Notes: generated by a model from the sequence alone, not told the origin. DNA of 64,000 bases from Nymphaea colorata (GCF_008831285.2 NC_045138.2:31682001-31746000), one strand, 5' to 3'. Positions 13,224 through 27,700 are shown, numbered from the stretch's first letter. Program-made: numbers and translations.

Positions 13224-15309
13224 CTTATTGCAGTTGTCATCTCAATATATATATATATATATATATATATATGGTAAAACTGAAAATCTCAAGAAAAATT
13301 TAGTAATTTTTTTTGAAAAAAATCCTAAAATGTTAGGAAAAAGACAAACAAATATAAAACTAACGGCAAAGCTTAAAAAAACAACTGCTTAAAATGATAT
13401 TTTAGTAACGACCGAAATGAAAATAAATGTGAATCTCATGAACGATTATCTCACTATCTCTCTATCTCGATTCTCAATTCTCCTTTCTAAAGGTAACATC
13501 ATGAATTTGAGTTAAATGAGGAAACTTAGGAGACAATCACATGTAAGATTTTATCCGACCATAAATTAGATGGGGGTTATTATCTTTATCTTTCACATAT
13601 GAATGTTAATCTTTTATACACAGTAGGGGTAGCTAGTGCAGGTTAAAGTGATCTCTATAAGTTAAAGTCAATGTTTAGAAAGAAAATTAAGTCTCCATTT
13701 TATAATGAATCAATTGTAAGTTCATACTAAGAGTTCTTATGGGCTTTTTTTGGGTTGGTTAGGGCCTGATCTTCCATTAAGGTTTATGATCCTTCTTTAC
13801 ACCGAAATCTTTGCGTAGAAATTTTGGATCTTCCGCGTGATATTTGGTTACTCTTGGTCGACTTTTGATACAAGATCCTCAGTATTTGAGATTCAGTATT
13901 TGAGATCCATGAATTTAAGATCCGACCATCCTATTTGCTCTTAGATTAGACTTTTTCTCATTCCAAACACATCTTTGATTCAATGAACTTTGAACTTTAG
14001 TGCCCACTTTTTTCTGCATCAACAAATGCATGCCAGATCACATTTGGTGGACTTGAAAATTTCAAGTATTCGTTGCATTTGATAGCCTCGGATTAAGTTT
14101 TAAAGTCGGATTAGGAGGGGAGAGAGGAAAGAATGGGAAGGTCCGACCTTAAATCTATGGATCTGAGATCTTAAACGGATTTCAAATCTATAGTGAAACA
14201 AACACAACCTCAATGTGTTAGAAAGAGTTTTTTTTTAATAATAATCCTTATCTTAAAAGCTATTTCTAGAGTAATCACTCCTTTTTACCTATTTTCCAAA
14301 ATCATCCTTCCTTTTGCTTTAAGCTGGCAAATAGGTGCCTGAAGTTATCAACATTAAAAAATCACTACCAAAAGCGTGTCATACCTTAACAAACAGGGGC
14401 TGGCTCCCTTCAAAATTTCAAACAAAAAAGAATTTTACATATAAATTAAAATAATTTATAAAAAAATTTAAAAAATTATATTTTGGAATTTGTTAAAATT
14501 TTAGAACTATAATTCCATCCTAACTGTGCCCGTATTAACCGACAACGATGGACTTGTTTGTGCTTGTGCAATCTTGTCATAAAAGTTTAAATTGAATCAA
14601 TTGTTTGGAAAAGAAGAAAAATCTTTTCAAAAATGACCAATTTGCCCTTTCTTGGAGGTGAAGTAAAGATGAAAAGCAAAATGAAATAGACGGACATGTC
14701 ACGAAGGAATATTACCCCTTGGTCTTTAATTATTAGCTGCCGACTCTTCTTTTCGTCTTTCCGCGTTTGAATGATGAGGTAAGGTTGTAACTTTTCCTGT
14801 TTCCTTACAGCGTGCCGTCATTTCCAAGAGTACCATCTTGGAATAATAATCCCAGCTCCAGTTTGTCTTCGTGTTTGATAGTATAAGATTTTGATTTTAT
14901 AATTAAAAATAACTTATTTGATGAAAGGTAAATCAAAAATTTTAAAATTCATGAAATAAAGCCTTCATACCTTTAAAAAGGAAATAATTTGGAGAGCATT
15001 TTATACATTATGCCCCCCAATATGAACCGTGCATTGGGTGTAAAAAATGAACAAAATGCTTAGGGGCAACACATCAAAAGCTTTTTAATTATTTATTGTA
15101 GGTTTGTTAAAAAAAAACTACACTTCTTATAAAATCTGTCAAGTAAGAGAATAAAGTGAATATTTGTTAATCCTAAAGGCTAAACTATTAGCTATTTTTT
15201 TTTATAAATATTATTTTTCTCTATTAAATTGCATTTTATCATCGTAGTTTGCTTAACGCTGCTCGATGCATTAGTCAGTATGCATGCTTTGAAAGGCCCG
15301 AGGATACAA

Positions 15310-15490
15310 CACGAGTAGAGCCAAAAATTTTTTTTTTTGGTGGGGGCACCCATTGAATACCTTCAATTTTTTTGAGGTACTTATGTGTATAACAATCAAT
15401 GTATTAAAACATTAACATATATATTAAACTAATTTGGTAAGGCTAGTGTGTGCAACTGCCTACACTAGTCACCATGTGGCTCCGCCACTG
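15310..15490. mobile_element. hAT-type MITE (CAGGGGCGGAGC-TIR family)
   Basis: Right end ggctccgccactg. Perfect 8-bp TSD ggatacaa at 15302-15309 and 15491-15498. Internal near-palindrome ctagtgtgtgcaactgcctacactag. Confidence 0.8.
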
Positions 15491-16194
15491 GGATACAATA
15501 TTTAAAAGGTACATGTTTGAGTAACACCTTCTTTTATTTAATTGTAAGCAATATGGTGTAATTGTTGTAAAATGTTTCTTGTAAACTGTGTTTTTGAAAT
15601 TATGTTGAGAGAGAGAGAGAGAGAGAGAGGCTATTTAATCTATAATTTGGTATAGATTTTACTAAAATTACGGGACGAATATTCAAGAAGTTTCATGCAA
15701 CTGATTCGAACCACATATACCATGAAAACAGATATAAACCGTTCATCTTCAAGCCAAAGAAGTTCAAGAAGCTGCCAATCTTGGATTGTAGCAACACTCG
15801 GTCCTTACATACACACAACCAATAAATAAATATACGTATATAGTAATTGATGAATACCAGACTGCTTAGGTAATTGAAAAAAACCGGATCCCTTCATTTT
15901 GTGTTTGAAAAGTATTATAAGCAAAATGTGAACATCGATCCTATTTAACGTAACATATTTTACGTCAAATTACTTTTGTAAAACACTTGATTTTTCTACT
16001 ATCAAAATTTTGATGTTATAAGATTCATTCATTTTCTTTAATAAAGTCAACAAATGACTAATTTATTATATATTCCTCATCAAAACACTCTTGAGATCAT
16101 AGCTATAAGAGTAGATTGTAAAAAAGAACACTTTAATAATTTTTTTTTAATGGGTCTAATTTTTGTCTTCTAATTAAGTGTTATGGTATTTACC

Positions 16195-16198
<4 letters not shown>

Positions 16199-16280
<82 letters not shown>
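16199..16280. repeat. Compound (CT)n(AT)n microsatellite
   Basis: Directly visible. Confidence 0.95.
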
Positions 16281-16282
<2 letters not shown>

Positions 16283-17171
16283 CCAATAATTGAAGCCCAT
16301 GAGGGCCAAAGAGATGTGTGGTGTGTTCTTGATGACCTCTCCTGACGAAGAACATGAGAGAAGTTCATGATTTGTATGATGCAGACATCCTCCCTCTAAG
16401 TTGGAGAAATAGAGAATGCATCCAATTGCATTTATGTAGGGTTCTTATTGGCCCTACATTTTTTGTCAATTTATTCGAAAGTTGTGACTCTTGATTTGAG
16501 CCTCAAGTGTATTATTGTCTTTCGTTTATTTCGTACTTCATACGCGTGTGTATGTGGTTGCGGTTCTTGTGGTGTGGGCCAACGAATGGCCTTTTTTGCG
16601 CTCACCACAAATGGCTTGGGTTCAATTGCTACCACATCTTTCTCACTTCCCCATAATATATGCATTATTTAATATAATACTTTGAAGAAAATTTATTCCA
16701 TTAATCTAATTTGTTAAACATTCTGCATGGTTGTGATCTAACTTCTTTTTTTTTAAAAAAAATGAACTGGTTCAGAATTTTACAATCATGCATATATGTT
16801 TATTTTAGTGATTTTGGTAGCACTAGGGTTCCCCAAAATGTAGCTCTTTGACACAATATGTGTCAACAAACTATACTTAACAGGAAAATTAAAATCAATC
16901 GGTTGCCTCTATGGCTGCATGGTTTGTTTTTCATTTTGTGTCGCAAAAAAACCATCACAAAAGGTATACTGTATCGTCAAAAACTGTAGCCAAATAACTA
17001 GATGTCGCCAATGCATATTTTTCGATGGTTTATAGCGACATAAAATTACCGGAAAAAAACCATCCGGCCACAGAGGTAGTTGATTGATTTCAATTTCTTT
17101 GCTTAAGAATATTTTCTTGTCCGGCTGTAACAAACCCTCCTAGTAGTTTTGAACTTAAGAGATTAAGTGAC

Positions 17172-17384
17172 TAGCCGTTACGAATGCACAACGAGTCAAG
17201 TAAGCTCGTTTCGATCAGCTTGTTTAATAAATGAGTCGAGCTTGAGCTTGAGTTAAAACTTGAATTATAAAGGAGTAGAGTTTGAGTCATAGGAGATAAA
17301 CTCGGCTCACGTTTTTTCTGTTTGTTAATCTTCCGCGATATGTCGGTAACTTTTGAAGAATGTTAATGTTTTTTGTACTTTCGT

Positions 17385-17422
<38 letters not shown>

Positions 17423-17545
17423 TACAAGCTTAAATGAGTCTAGCTTGAGATCAGCTTGGGTTTACTGAGTCGAGCTCGAACTCATCTCAATATGTGACTC
17501 GAGCCAGGCTGAGCGTGAGCTCGGCATGCTCGTTGTACATCTCCA
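17172..17545. mobile_element. Degenerate MITE of the GAGCTCGAG-rich family, containing an (AT)n tract
   Basis: Repeated gagtcgagct/ctcgagc motifs shared with 10374-10744, 23414-23824 and 46657-47183. Confidence 0.55.
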
Positions 17546-17967
17546 CCGGCCACCTACATGCTGCCAGCACAACCAGATATGCCATTTCATCAACATAGGA
17601 GCATGTACAAATTAATTCCAATACACTGCATGTGTGGTGTCATGGATACATGCAACACATGATGATGATGATACACCTGCACATCTATATGCTTCCAAAT
17701 ACCTCTAATTTGGTACCACATATATGAACATGACCAAGTTCATGAGCTGAAGTACTTGCATCTACCATGTCCCTGTGTCCATGCAGACCCAAACTCCAGG
17801 GTGAGCTTCATCTGTATCCCACACTTCTTTGTCTCACATCTTAGCCAGGTGAGTGGAACTTGGGTGGGTATAATGGAACGTTTTTCATATATATTTTTAA
17901 TACAAAACTATTTCAGTAACATTTGGTATTATTTTGAGTTAAAAATAATCTTTATTTTAGTCAATGA

Positions 17968-18191
17968 GGGGTGGTAGCGTAATGGGCGGAAAGGTGATCT
18001 GGCTCTTCTAAGGACTTGTGTTCGAATCTTGAAGTGGTCACTATCACGTTCCAACGCACTCTACCTCTGAACTGTAAAAATTTCTGAAGCATGCTCTGTA
18101 AACCGAGAGGACGGGCATTGCGGGGGAGAGTGTGACATCTTTTATGGGCGGTGAAACGAACCTCTCACCCTTGAAAGAAAAAGAAAAAGAA
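17968..18191 (+). mobile_element. tRNA-derived SINE, family 1
   Basis: Pol III A box tagcgtaatgg (17975-17985), B box gttcgaatc (18020-18028), ~150-nt body, A-rich tail. Clearly homologous to the minus-strand copy at 19255-19472. Confidence 0.75.
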
Positions 18192-18603
18192 GGTGAACCA
18201 ATTATTAAAGAGTATATGAAGGTGAGTGAGGGCAGAGCTAGAACATTTTGACTAAAGAGCACTAGATAAAAAATTTTTAAGTTTTTAAAGGTACTTTTTA
18301 AAAGGTACAAACAACTTGTTCAAAGATATTAATATAAAATAAGAACTTTTCTGTGTAGACAATTACCCACACTTAACCCACATCAGCCTCTGCCCCTCGA
18401 GGTAGGTTTTGAACTTGTGAAGGGGAGAAGGGGGAAGATGGGAGAGACTTCGGCTTCTTCGAGGTACCTCATCCATGTATTGCAATATTCTTACTTCGAT
18501 ATTCATGAAGATGTCGAAATATTCTGGACCTTTCCTCTTTAAAAAAACTAAGAAATCATATTCCCCTTCTATAGTATGAAGCAAACCATGCTTGGGCTCA
18601 TTG

Positions 18604-18745
18604 CAGTGGCGTAGCTACATGTGGGCTAGTGTGGGCAACTGCCCACATCAGCTCTTTAAAATTCCTTTATTTTCATGTTGAAAAATTTAATATTTACTTT
18701 TATACATATATAGGTGCCCCTCCAACTAATTTTTCTGGCTCCGCC
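18604..18745. mobile_element. hAT-type MITE (CAGTGGCGTAGC end)
   Basis: Left end cagtggcgtagc, internal near-palindrome tgtgggcaactgcccaca, right end ttctggctccgcc. Similar copies at ~24463-24620, ~28768-28920 and 43980-44150. Confidence 0.6.
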
Positions 18746-19254
18746 TCATTTATTTGAGACTTGCTCACATAATTCTAAGTGACCAACTAAAACATGAAGA
18801 GAAGAAAAAATGTCAAACAATAATGAAGTTCAAAATAAAAAAAAAAATCACATTCAGTTATTCAAGTAACATTAGAAGGAAGATGGAGATTATAGCTGCC
18901 TAACATTTACCAAGTGTAATTGATGTGAATCAGAAAAGTCTAAGAGCCTAAAAGCATTTTGAGTGATTTATTGGGAGAGGGCAATGAAGCAAAAGAAGAC
19001 AGCTGCAGGTCTAAGGTAGCACATCCACCATGTATTGATTCAATCAACTAGACAGACAATCTCTTTGACAAGAAAGATGTGGTGTCTGCAACAACAACCC
19101 CTCAACCAAAAACATGAGAAATGTTCATGGAATCATAATGAAGCATCCGCCACTCTCACAACTTGCAAATTAAGAAGTCCAAATTGGTGATCCCAATTGC
19201 ACTCAGTCCTACTGAAGTTGTGCTTCAATTATGTGTATGTGTGTGTATATGTAG

Positions 19255-19472
19255 TTTTTTTTTAAATTTTTTTTTAGAAGGGTTAGTGGTTCATTCCACC
19301 GCCTGCCCCTCCCTCTCCTATGCCCGCCTCCTTGGTTTTCACATAGCATGTTTTGGGATCTTTTTAGGTTCATAAGGTAGAGCGTCTGGGACGTGACAGT
19401 GACCACTCCAAGGTTCAAACCTGAGGCGTTAGAGGAGCCGGACCACCTTGTCGTCTAGTACGCTACCACTTC
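19255..19472 (-). mobile_element. tRNA-derived SINE, family 1 (second copy)
   Basis: Reverse strand reads gtggtagcgtactagacg ... ggtttgaacc ... gtggtcactgtcacgt ... followed by poly(A). Colinear with 17968-18191. Confidence 0.75.
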
Positions 19473-19792
19473 AATCATATGTTTCTCTTTTCTTTATTTG
19501 ACAGACTTTTCATTATTTTCACCTTGCTGTTGGGTGAGTAGAAGGGAATTCAACTGCCCAAGTGAGAGGCTGAAGCCCCCTCCTTCCCAGCCTGTGCCCA
19601 TCAAAATCCTCATTAGCACGCACACACACACACACACTTGTAGAGAATATGCATTTCATGCAAACAGTAGGTGCACAATCAAATTGGAACTATAGAATCA
19701 CTATAGAATCTCTGTTGTTCTATTCCAATCAGACTGGAGTATAACTCAAACCTTTATTTTTGTTTTTGAGTGTTTTATTTTCGGGCTTGGGA

Positions 19793-19843
<51 letters not shown>

Positions 19844-21306
19844 AAATCAGCTGACCAATGTCCATTGTTGAAATGGGTAAAAATTAAATTTTGCAATGTT
19901 AGAAACTGCTGCAAATTGTGCATTCCATTGGTCATAGTTTCTAGCCATAGAATGTACTATTTGCGACGTTTTTTAGTGTTGCAAAATTAATCTGTATTGC
20001 TGAATTGGTAGTTCATCTAAACATTAGTGCATAAATGAGCAAAATTTTTAATGCATCAATATGAAAAATAAATGGTTCGTGTGGGGTCCACACCAGCCTC
20101 TATGCAGCTCCGCCACTGCTCCTAGGCCCCTTAAATGAGACTTAACCATCCTCTATTTGACCTACCAGAGAAAAAAAAAAAAAGAAAAAAAGTTAAGAGA
20201 GAGGTACAAAGAATCTAGAAACTAACATCCATCTTCAATAAGAAATTCTTGAGCAAGTTCAAAGGGGACAACCATGAACAACTCCATGCATGTTATAATT
20301 ATACCTCAAAGATGAAAATGCTCCGACTTAGAGACATGCATATGATTCTGGATGAGCAGGAGGAGTATTTGATCTTACAGTCCCGCCAAAAGCTAAAGCC
20401 CCCGCCCTCTCCCCCATTGAAGACAATGTATATGATTGGTTTACTCTTGTTTGTATGGAATCAAAAGACAGTGATTTAGAAATGACTTATTTAACATGCG
20501 ACCAAGTTCGATTAACGATATCAAATCACATTTTAAGATGGTAAACATCAACACTTTATCATTTTGACATAGATGGCAAGGGCAAGCTGATCTAAAGGGT
20601 TGGGCAAATGCAATCGGATGTCTTATAATAAATGATCTTTACCTTCTGTGTAAAATGTAATAATTCATCTAAAGAAATCGATCAGAGGGCTTGTTCCCGT
20701 GAGTTCTCCTAATGGTATAATTTCAAGTATATCTAAGAATCCTAAAGCAAATTCGGGCTTAATGCATGCAGTATTTGCTTGAATAGGATATTATTAGAAA
20801 AAATAAAACTAGCAATAATGAAATTTTATTATACTCAGAAAGTTTATAAGCCTCTCCCTCGCACATTTTTAGGAGTAATTAAGTGAATTAACTCAACAGA
20901 GAGGCATGGAAGAGCTTGGTTTTCAATATTTAAAGCTATTAGGTACATAATATATATTACGTTACTAAGAATGATGTCGTTTTATGCATGTCCATTTCCT
21001 TGTTGTGGCACCTTCCATTATTTGCAAATAATATATTAGAGATGCACTGTTCCCGTCTATTGTGCACATCATCTGTACACATTCGCTCTAAACATGCATA
21101 GCTTGTTTAATAGAAACAAGGACTTGTCATGATCCACTATGAGGAGTTTTTTATTTTTTCTTTCTTAAAAATATTTTTATGACATCTAATGGAAGCAAAT
21201 AATATTCGTTGGTATTTGTCCTCCATTTATTTTTAGGTGAGTAGGAGGAATATTTTATCCTACTTTTCGAAGGAGAGCCGAAGCTCCTACTTACCATTCG
21301 TGTTCT

Positions 21307-21501
21307 TAGGGTGAAGGCAGAGGTGGGGCCCGCTTGGGTCCTGGCCTGACCTCATTTTTTTGTTTTAAAAAAAGAATCATATGTCAATTTCAGAAAATTT
21401 CACTTGTTTTATACAAAAAATTTTGAAAATTGATATTTCGGCTCTAGTTAAAATTTAAAATTTTATTTTTTTATTGTGAAAAATTTCTAGCTCTGCCCTT
21501 A
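21307..21501. mobile_element. MITE of the CAGGGGCGGAGC-like family
   Basis: Ends agggtgaaggcagagg ... aaatttctagctctgccct. AT-rich core shared with 13047-13223 and 48113-48311. TSD not clear. Confidence 0.55.
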
Positions 21502-22279
21502 GGTTCAGGGTCTGCTTTCGGTGTCACACTTCAATATGCCTCGATGAACCCCAAACCCCCTCCTCCTCTTTTGCAGTATAAAGAGTCGATGACTTGAGAA
21601 TTCAAAATGAAAATTGGTCGCCTACCAGCCTCTACACCATGTCTCTTACATCAACTCCCTCACGAATTTTGTTCTATATTTATTTATAGAACAGTTATTC
21701 GTCACAGTTATGTGATCCATATGTCATATGATTAATTTAATTTTATATATTAAACATGGCGCAATAATGTGATGGAGATATGCCCTCTACAGTTGAGGGA
21801 TATTCTTTTGCTCCAACTTGATCAAAAAGCATACATGAAAAGGATAATACGCTTTTCTAGTTCTAGTTTAAGTTGCACATTAGGTGGAAGTGAAGAAGAT
21901 GATCTCCTAATTAATTTTGTTATGACTCCTAAATAAGCTATGCATGTGGCCCACGTTGAGGTGCTTAGCGTGGTAGACCTGAACTTTGTCTAAGGCCATA
22001 TTGCATGTTATATGCATGTTCGATTCCACACACAATCTTGTGGAAGGGTATTTTGGTCATTTTCTAAAAAAAATATTTATCACTTTGAAGAAAAACTTTT
22101 TTTTTTAATTTTGCCATTTGAGATAGTTTTTTCAAATTTGAAGGGAGTTTATCGACACACGACTTACATGTTTAGGCCCGAACATATAACCATCTTCAAA
22201 CTTGGTTTGTAAACAAGTATGGTTTGCGGTCCAAAAAAATACTATTGACCAAGACCTTTCTTGATAGCATGTGATTTAA

Positions 22280-22315
<36 letters not shown>

Positions 22316-22863
22316 CCCCTTAAAGATACTTAGAACATATTCACGAAACACTTGTTATAATGTTTTATGAATCTGCCTCATTTTTTTAGTGAATAGTCAT
22401 GAGACAAGTAACAAAGTGTAAGTGTTACTACTGCCAAACAACCCTTAAGATCTTTAAAAGTACTTTGAATCTCAAGAAAAAGACGGTTATAAAGTTTTCT
22501 TCATATATGAAATGTGATACATATGCATGCATTGTGGGGTTTCATTCCTTACGTACTTGGCATTTTAATTTCTTACGTAAATTTTTTGTGGTATTGCCAT
22601 TGGACTAAATTGTCAGACACTTTTTCAGTCAAAAATTCCGTCGGCTAATCCGCTCCGAAGATTAATCCACGTGTTACTCAATGATAATGTCGTCGGAAAA
22701 AGGATCTATTCGAGATTGGTGACCCAGACGAATCAAAGAGCAAGAAACCAGCCACCCCAAATCAATGGGACTCATGCAAAATCATGGACCACTAGCAGTT
22801 GATGCTACCATGCATCCCCAATCTGAATCCTTCCATTCAAATGAGAAAATGCCTGGAAGGAAC

Positions 22864-22902
<39 letters not shown>

Positions 22903-22904
<2 letters not shown>

Positions 22905-23014
22905 CGTGTAGCATAGCTGGTTGAACCTGCAGCACGTGAACAACATGTCTCATGTTCGATTCCCATTAGGGTAAGTGCTAAAGGTGAATTCCAACAAGGG
23001 TTGTGATTGTGCCT
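22903..23014 (+). mobile_element. tRNA-derived SINE-like element, family 2, flanked by (CT)n on both sides
   Basis: A box tagcatagctgg (22909-22920) and B box gttcgattccc (22954-22964). No complete cloverleaf. Confidence 0.55.
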
Positions 23015-23413
23015 TTCTCTCTCTCTCTCTCTCTTTAATTTCTCTAGCACACACCCTAGACTGAGCATTGAACTATTCATCTTCTGCATAACTGCTGCCA
23101 TGAAGGTTTTTGAGTACTTAGACCTCTAGTTAGGTGAACTGTACTCTTGTTGGCATTGTTGGCACATTTAACTTTAGTGACAGATGCCAACTTTTCTATT
23201 GGTTCCTGCAATTACATGAACCACACACACCCACTGGCCTACATGTCCTAACCTTTGAAAAAATTGGCGCTACAAAGACTTTTCTACATACCCAACTTGA
23301 AACTTCTTAATCACAAACCTAAATCTTGTTTTCTCAAGAATATCCAGGATTATCCCACTACAAACAAGAAACAAATTAATCAAAGTTGCAATGTTCCTCT
23401 TGCCACTTATTGC

Positions 23414-23824
23414 TAGGGGTGAACAACGAGTTGAGCTCGGCTCGTGAACGAATTTGAGCCGAGTTATTTGCTTAACGAGTCAAGATCGAGTTTATGAGTT
23501 GACTCGTTCAAATAACCAAGCTGAGTTCGAGATCCATACGTAATTGTCAAGTCAAGCTCGAGCCTTAATCGAGTTTGTCGAGCCTTAATCAAGTCGATAT
23601 ATTCAAACGAGTTTACGAGTTTGTCAGGCTCGAGTTCAAACCGTAACGATGAATACCAATTCTATTCAAACGAGTTTGTCAAACCTTAATCGAGTCGAAC
23701 TCGAGCTCAACACAAAACTGCCGAGGAGTTGCTTCCATTGAGCTACTCGAGCCCAATCGAACTCAAGGTTTCATTAGTCGAGCCGAGATCGAGCTCAGTG
23801 AACTCGGGCTCGTGTTCACCCCTA
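23414..23824. mobile_element. hAT-type MITE (GAGCTCGAG-rich family)
   Basis: TIRs taggggtgaaca ... tgttcaccccta. 8-bp TSD cttattgc/cttattga. Confidence 0.85.
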
Positions 23825-25618
23825 CTTATTGATACAACCACTACCAAAAAGTGGGTATTTACTGACACGTTAACGTTTTAAACAAGAGAACTATGCACCA
23901 CCTCTCCATTATTTATAAGCATGATGTATTTAATTTGAAGAGTTGGAAGATCTTTAAGTTGCTTTTGATTCCCTATAGATCTCAAATCCGACGGAATCTC
24001 AAATCCATGATAGTTGAAATCCACAGTTGCATCAAACTATGAACTTCAGCTTCTAACTCGCAGCGTAACGTGGATTTCAAATCCGCACTTTACTGTAAAA
24101 AGTATGGATTTGAAATCGGATTGGGGAAAGCGAGGAGGGGGGTCGAACTTCAAAACCGTGAATTTCAAATCCGTGGTAATCAAACACAACCTTAAGAAAT
24201 TTAGGCAAAAGTGCTGCTGTGGGGATCTGCCTACCTTGTAGGCCACAGCGTCTTCCTTGTCTTTTTCTTCTCCTCCTCCCTTCATTTATTTTTTATAATT
24301 TACACATAGAGGCCTAACCTATGGCGAATTTATTTTAAGCAGTAAAGCCCACTGAGAAGTTGTTGCAGTAAATTGAGTGAGAAAAAACAGTCATTTGTTC
24401 AATTTCTAGGGGCAGTTCATAAGCCTATACAGAAATAGGGGAAATGCGCCACTAAAACTATTGGCAGAGCTAGAACTTTCTAGTTAAAAAGTACAATTGT
24501 TTTAAATTCAACTTTTAGAGGACACTCTTATGCAAAATAAAAAAAAATTAAAAATATCGTTATGTAAATGAAGTAAATTTAGTAGACTGGTGTCGGCAAT
24601 TGCCCACACAAGCCACAACATGGCTATGCCACTCATGAAAACTGCATTAAGGCGAGTGCTCAAGGCGTGAAACGGCCAAAATGCCCTCATTCTTAAGGAA
24701 AAGAAAACCTCGTTTCTGTGGGCAAAAGTGGAAGGAAAATGTTGTTCTTTATAAAAACCCTTGTTTTGAAGGAAACCACTATGTATTTCATTAAAACTGT
24801 ATTTAAGCTAAAAATTTCTCTTTCTTGCAATTTCATATAAGAAAATTCAAATCAGTCAGCCTCCGTGTCTAGATGTTTTGTTTTTTCTTATGTCGTTAGA
24901 AACCCTTGCAAAAGGTGCATTTTATTACTAAAGTTGTAATCAAGCAATTGTCACTGTTACTAAATCTTTTGCGACAGTTTTTCGTTACACAAAGTAAAAA
25001 AAAAAAAATCCATCCAACCAACAAAGTTTGTCTGGCTGATTTTAATTTTATATATATATATATAATACTGTGAAAAGTAATTTTCTATTACTTGCTAGCT
25101 TTCCTCATTCTTGTATTGTCTTCTAGAGAAGAACAATAACCTCACAGGGCAAAGGCAACATATGAACATATATGTGAAATGTAACAAACTCATAAAAGGC
25201 AGTACATTTTCAGCCTACTGCCTACACTGTTCATCTTTTCTTGAAGCTTAAGCTCCGCGCACTCTTCCGTCAAAGACGTATGAGAAACGCAAACATTGGT
25301 GAGAATCCAACACCCCGAAGGAACTGTTTGTCGTAGTTCACGGACTGGGCACCATCGCCATCAATTCATCGCCATCTTATTATCAAATCTAATCTGTAGG
25401 GAAAAAAAAAACATTCTCCACATTTTACTGATATAATCTATGAAGAACATTAGAACATCATATCAAATCACCTAGAGCATGAGCATGGAGCAAAATTGCA
25501 AGAAAAAGTTAAAATATCTTAAGTTTGACCTAAAAAAAAGGGTAGATTTTACATGCAAATTGAAGCATGCACCGGTTCCATCACCTGATCCCAATGGAGC
25601 TTTGAATATTATTAATAA

Positions 25619-25945
25619 GATAGTGACAAAGAACGTTTTTTTTTTTGAAAAGGACGCAAAAAATGCAATAAACTAAATAATCATTTAAAACTTAAAAAGA
25701 ACGTGTTTTTTTTAATGTTAAAAAACAAAAAAACGTGTTAAAAACTACTGTTTTCGCTTTTTTTTATTTATTTTTTTATGTTTGTGTTATTAGTTTTTCA
25801 TTTATTTTATTTTTCTCCTATTTAGGTTTTTAAAAGTTTTAAAAAATATCATATTTTTCTCATATTTTTTTTTCTTTCAAGTTTTCAATATTATACTCAA
25901 GAAAACCTTGCAGTTTAAAACTCCAAAACGTTATTTGGGACTCTG
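25619..25945. mobile_element. Non-autonomous DNA element (A/T-tract-rich family)
   Basis: Inverted relative of 12717-13025 (atagtgacaaagaacg ... aaaacgttatttgggactctg). Confidence 0.5.
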
Positions 25946-27603
25946 AGATAAGGAAAGAAGCTTTGACTCTCATTTTAAACGATGGGATAACATCACACTC
26001 ATCTAAAAAAATATAAAGACAAAAATAGGTCGCATCTAATTAGAAGTTGGCCATGTTGTTGTATCACTTTCATTCACCAAGTTAGTGTTTGCTATGTGAC
26101 AATATTTCAAATATCTAGAAGTGCCTAAGCTTTCAATATAATTGGCAGCAAAGTGTTGAACACTTGAAGAAGTCAAAGATGGCACCTTCATCATCACCTT
26201 AACTGTTATGTCTCTAAAATTGACCAACACCGGAAACACATTAAAATATCTAAAAAAAAAAGGAGGCCGAATTATATTTTCAAAATTTTGATAGGGGCCA
26301 TAATATCATTTTTTTAAATTTTTATATAGGATAAATACAAATTTTACAGTTTTATGAGCTTACTCAATATTTAGGACATATTTATTGGAGGGAGTGTTCT
26401 TCTTACCAAACGACCTCTTATAATTAAAAAAAAAAAAGACTTGGGAAACATTTAAAAAAATGCTATAAAGCAGGATGATCAAATATGAGCTTACAAAATT
26501 ATTGTATAAATTAAAAACTAGTAAAAAAAAAAAAGCAACATTAAGAAGTAAGGATTGGAATGAAATCAACAGTATTCTAAATTTGTATTTATGATAAGAT
26601 TTGCAAACATACACCTGTGAGCACAAAATGCATAGAGGGCAACAACAAAAAACTAAGACAATCAACCAAGAGAAAAAAAAAATAGTAAACTGCATGTCCA
26701 GCATATATTTTCAGTTATAAAAAGGCATTTCATGAGACTAAAATTTGTGTTTTTTAAACAATAGCAAATTGCTGTTTTCATAAAATATAATACAATTTTA
26801 TATATCATTTGTATTTTCGATCTAAGAACAATAATAATCGATCATGTTTCTCTATGGTGTTTTGGAATATGTGTTTTCCGAATACAATGTTCTTATATCA
26901 AACATTACTTTTAAAGTGGGAAAACAAGGAGCCGATACAGTTTTGTATCGGCCTATATATTAATAAAATAGTATTATTTTTTAAATTGAAAAGGCTTGAT
27001 CAATACATTGTATCGAAGATTTCTGATACAAGTTGAAAATCCATATTTAGAACAAAGCTTTGCCTACTTCGAGCTTGGGACATTAAATTTATATTTTTTT
27101 TGGAAGTGGTACTATTCCATTAATGTTGGGGCCGACCAGACCAAAGTGAAAAAAACTAACCCCTCTTTTTCTCTCTCTAAAATTTCTTTTGCCATTGCTT
27201 GTAAAATGTTCTTTCTTCTCTCTCTCTCTTTTCTCTACTCTCTCCCATTAACCATGTACAACGATTGAGTCGAGCTCGAACTCTACTTGAATCATATATT
27301 AATCGGCCCCAGGTGGACTCAAGCTCAACTTGTTTAAGCTGGTGTCGCTTAATACATATTTATGCTTGAAGTTTTCACATTTTTATTTAAGTCAGTTTAA
27401 GTTTTTGAAATTACAAAAAAAAGTATTAATGTTCAACAAGTATTATTCAGTTTAATTCATCTCACTCGAACCTGACTTGTTTACAAATTCTAGTTACCAA
27501 TTGAGCTCGCACCGAACCAATTCTTATAGCCACCTCAAAAGATACTTTTTTCTCTCTCAATTTTACTTTTCTCTCTCTAAATTTCTTGTACCCACCTCAA
27601 TTT

Positions 27604-27638
<35 letters not shown>

Positions 27639-27693
27639 TCTCTCTCTCTCATATTAAAGTGTTTGGACTCAAGGGACCCACTGCCCTCGCGCC

Positions 27694-27700
27694 TATAAAT
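27694..27700 (+). promoter_or_regulatory. TATA box of the DVL/RTFL gene
   Basis: cctataaat starts 60 nt upstream of the ATG at 27754. Confidence 0.65.

Noticed and set aside
23149..23191. Short hairpin gttggcat...atgccaac
   Set aside because: Too short for a plant pre-miRNA and no match to a conserved miRNA that I recall.
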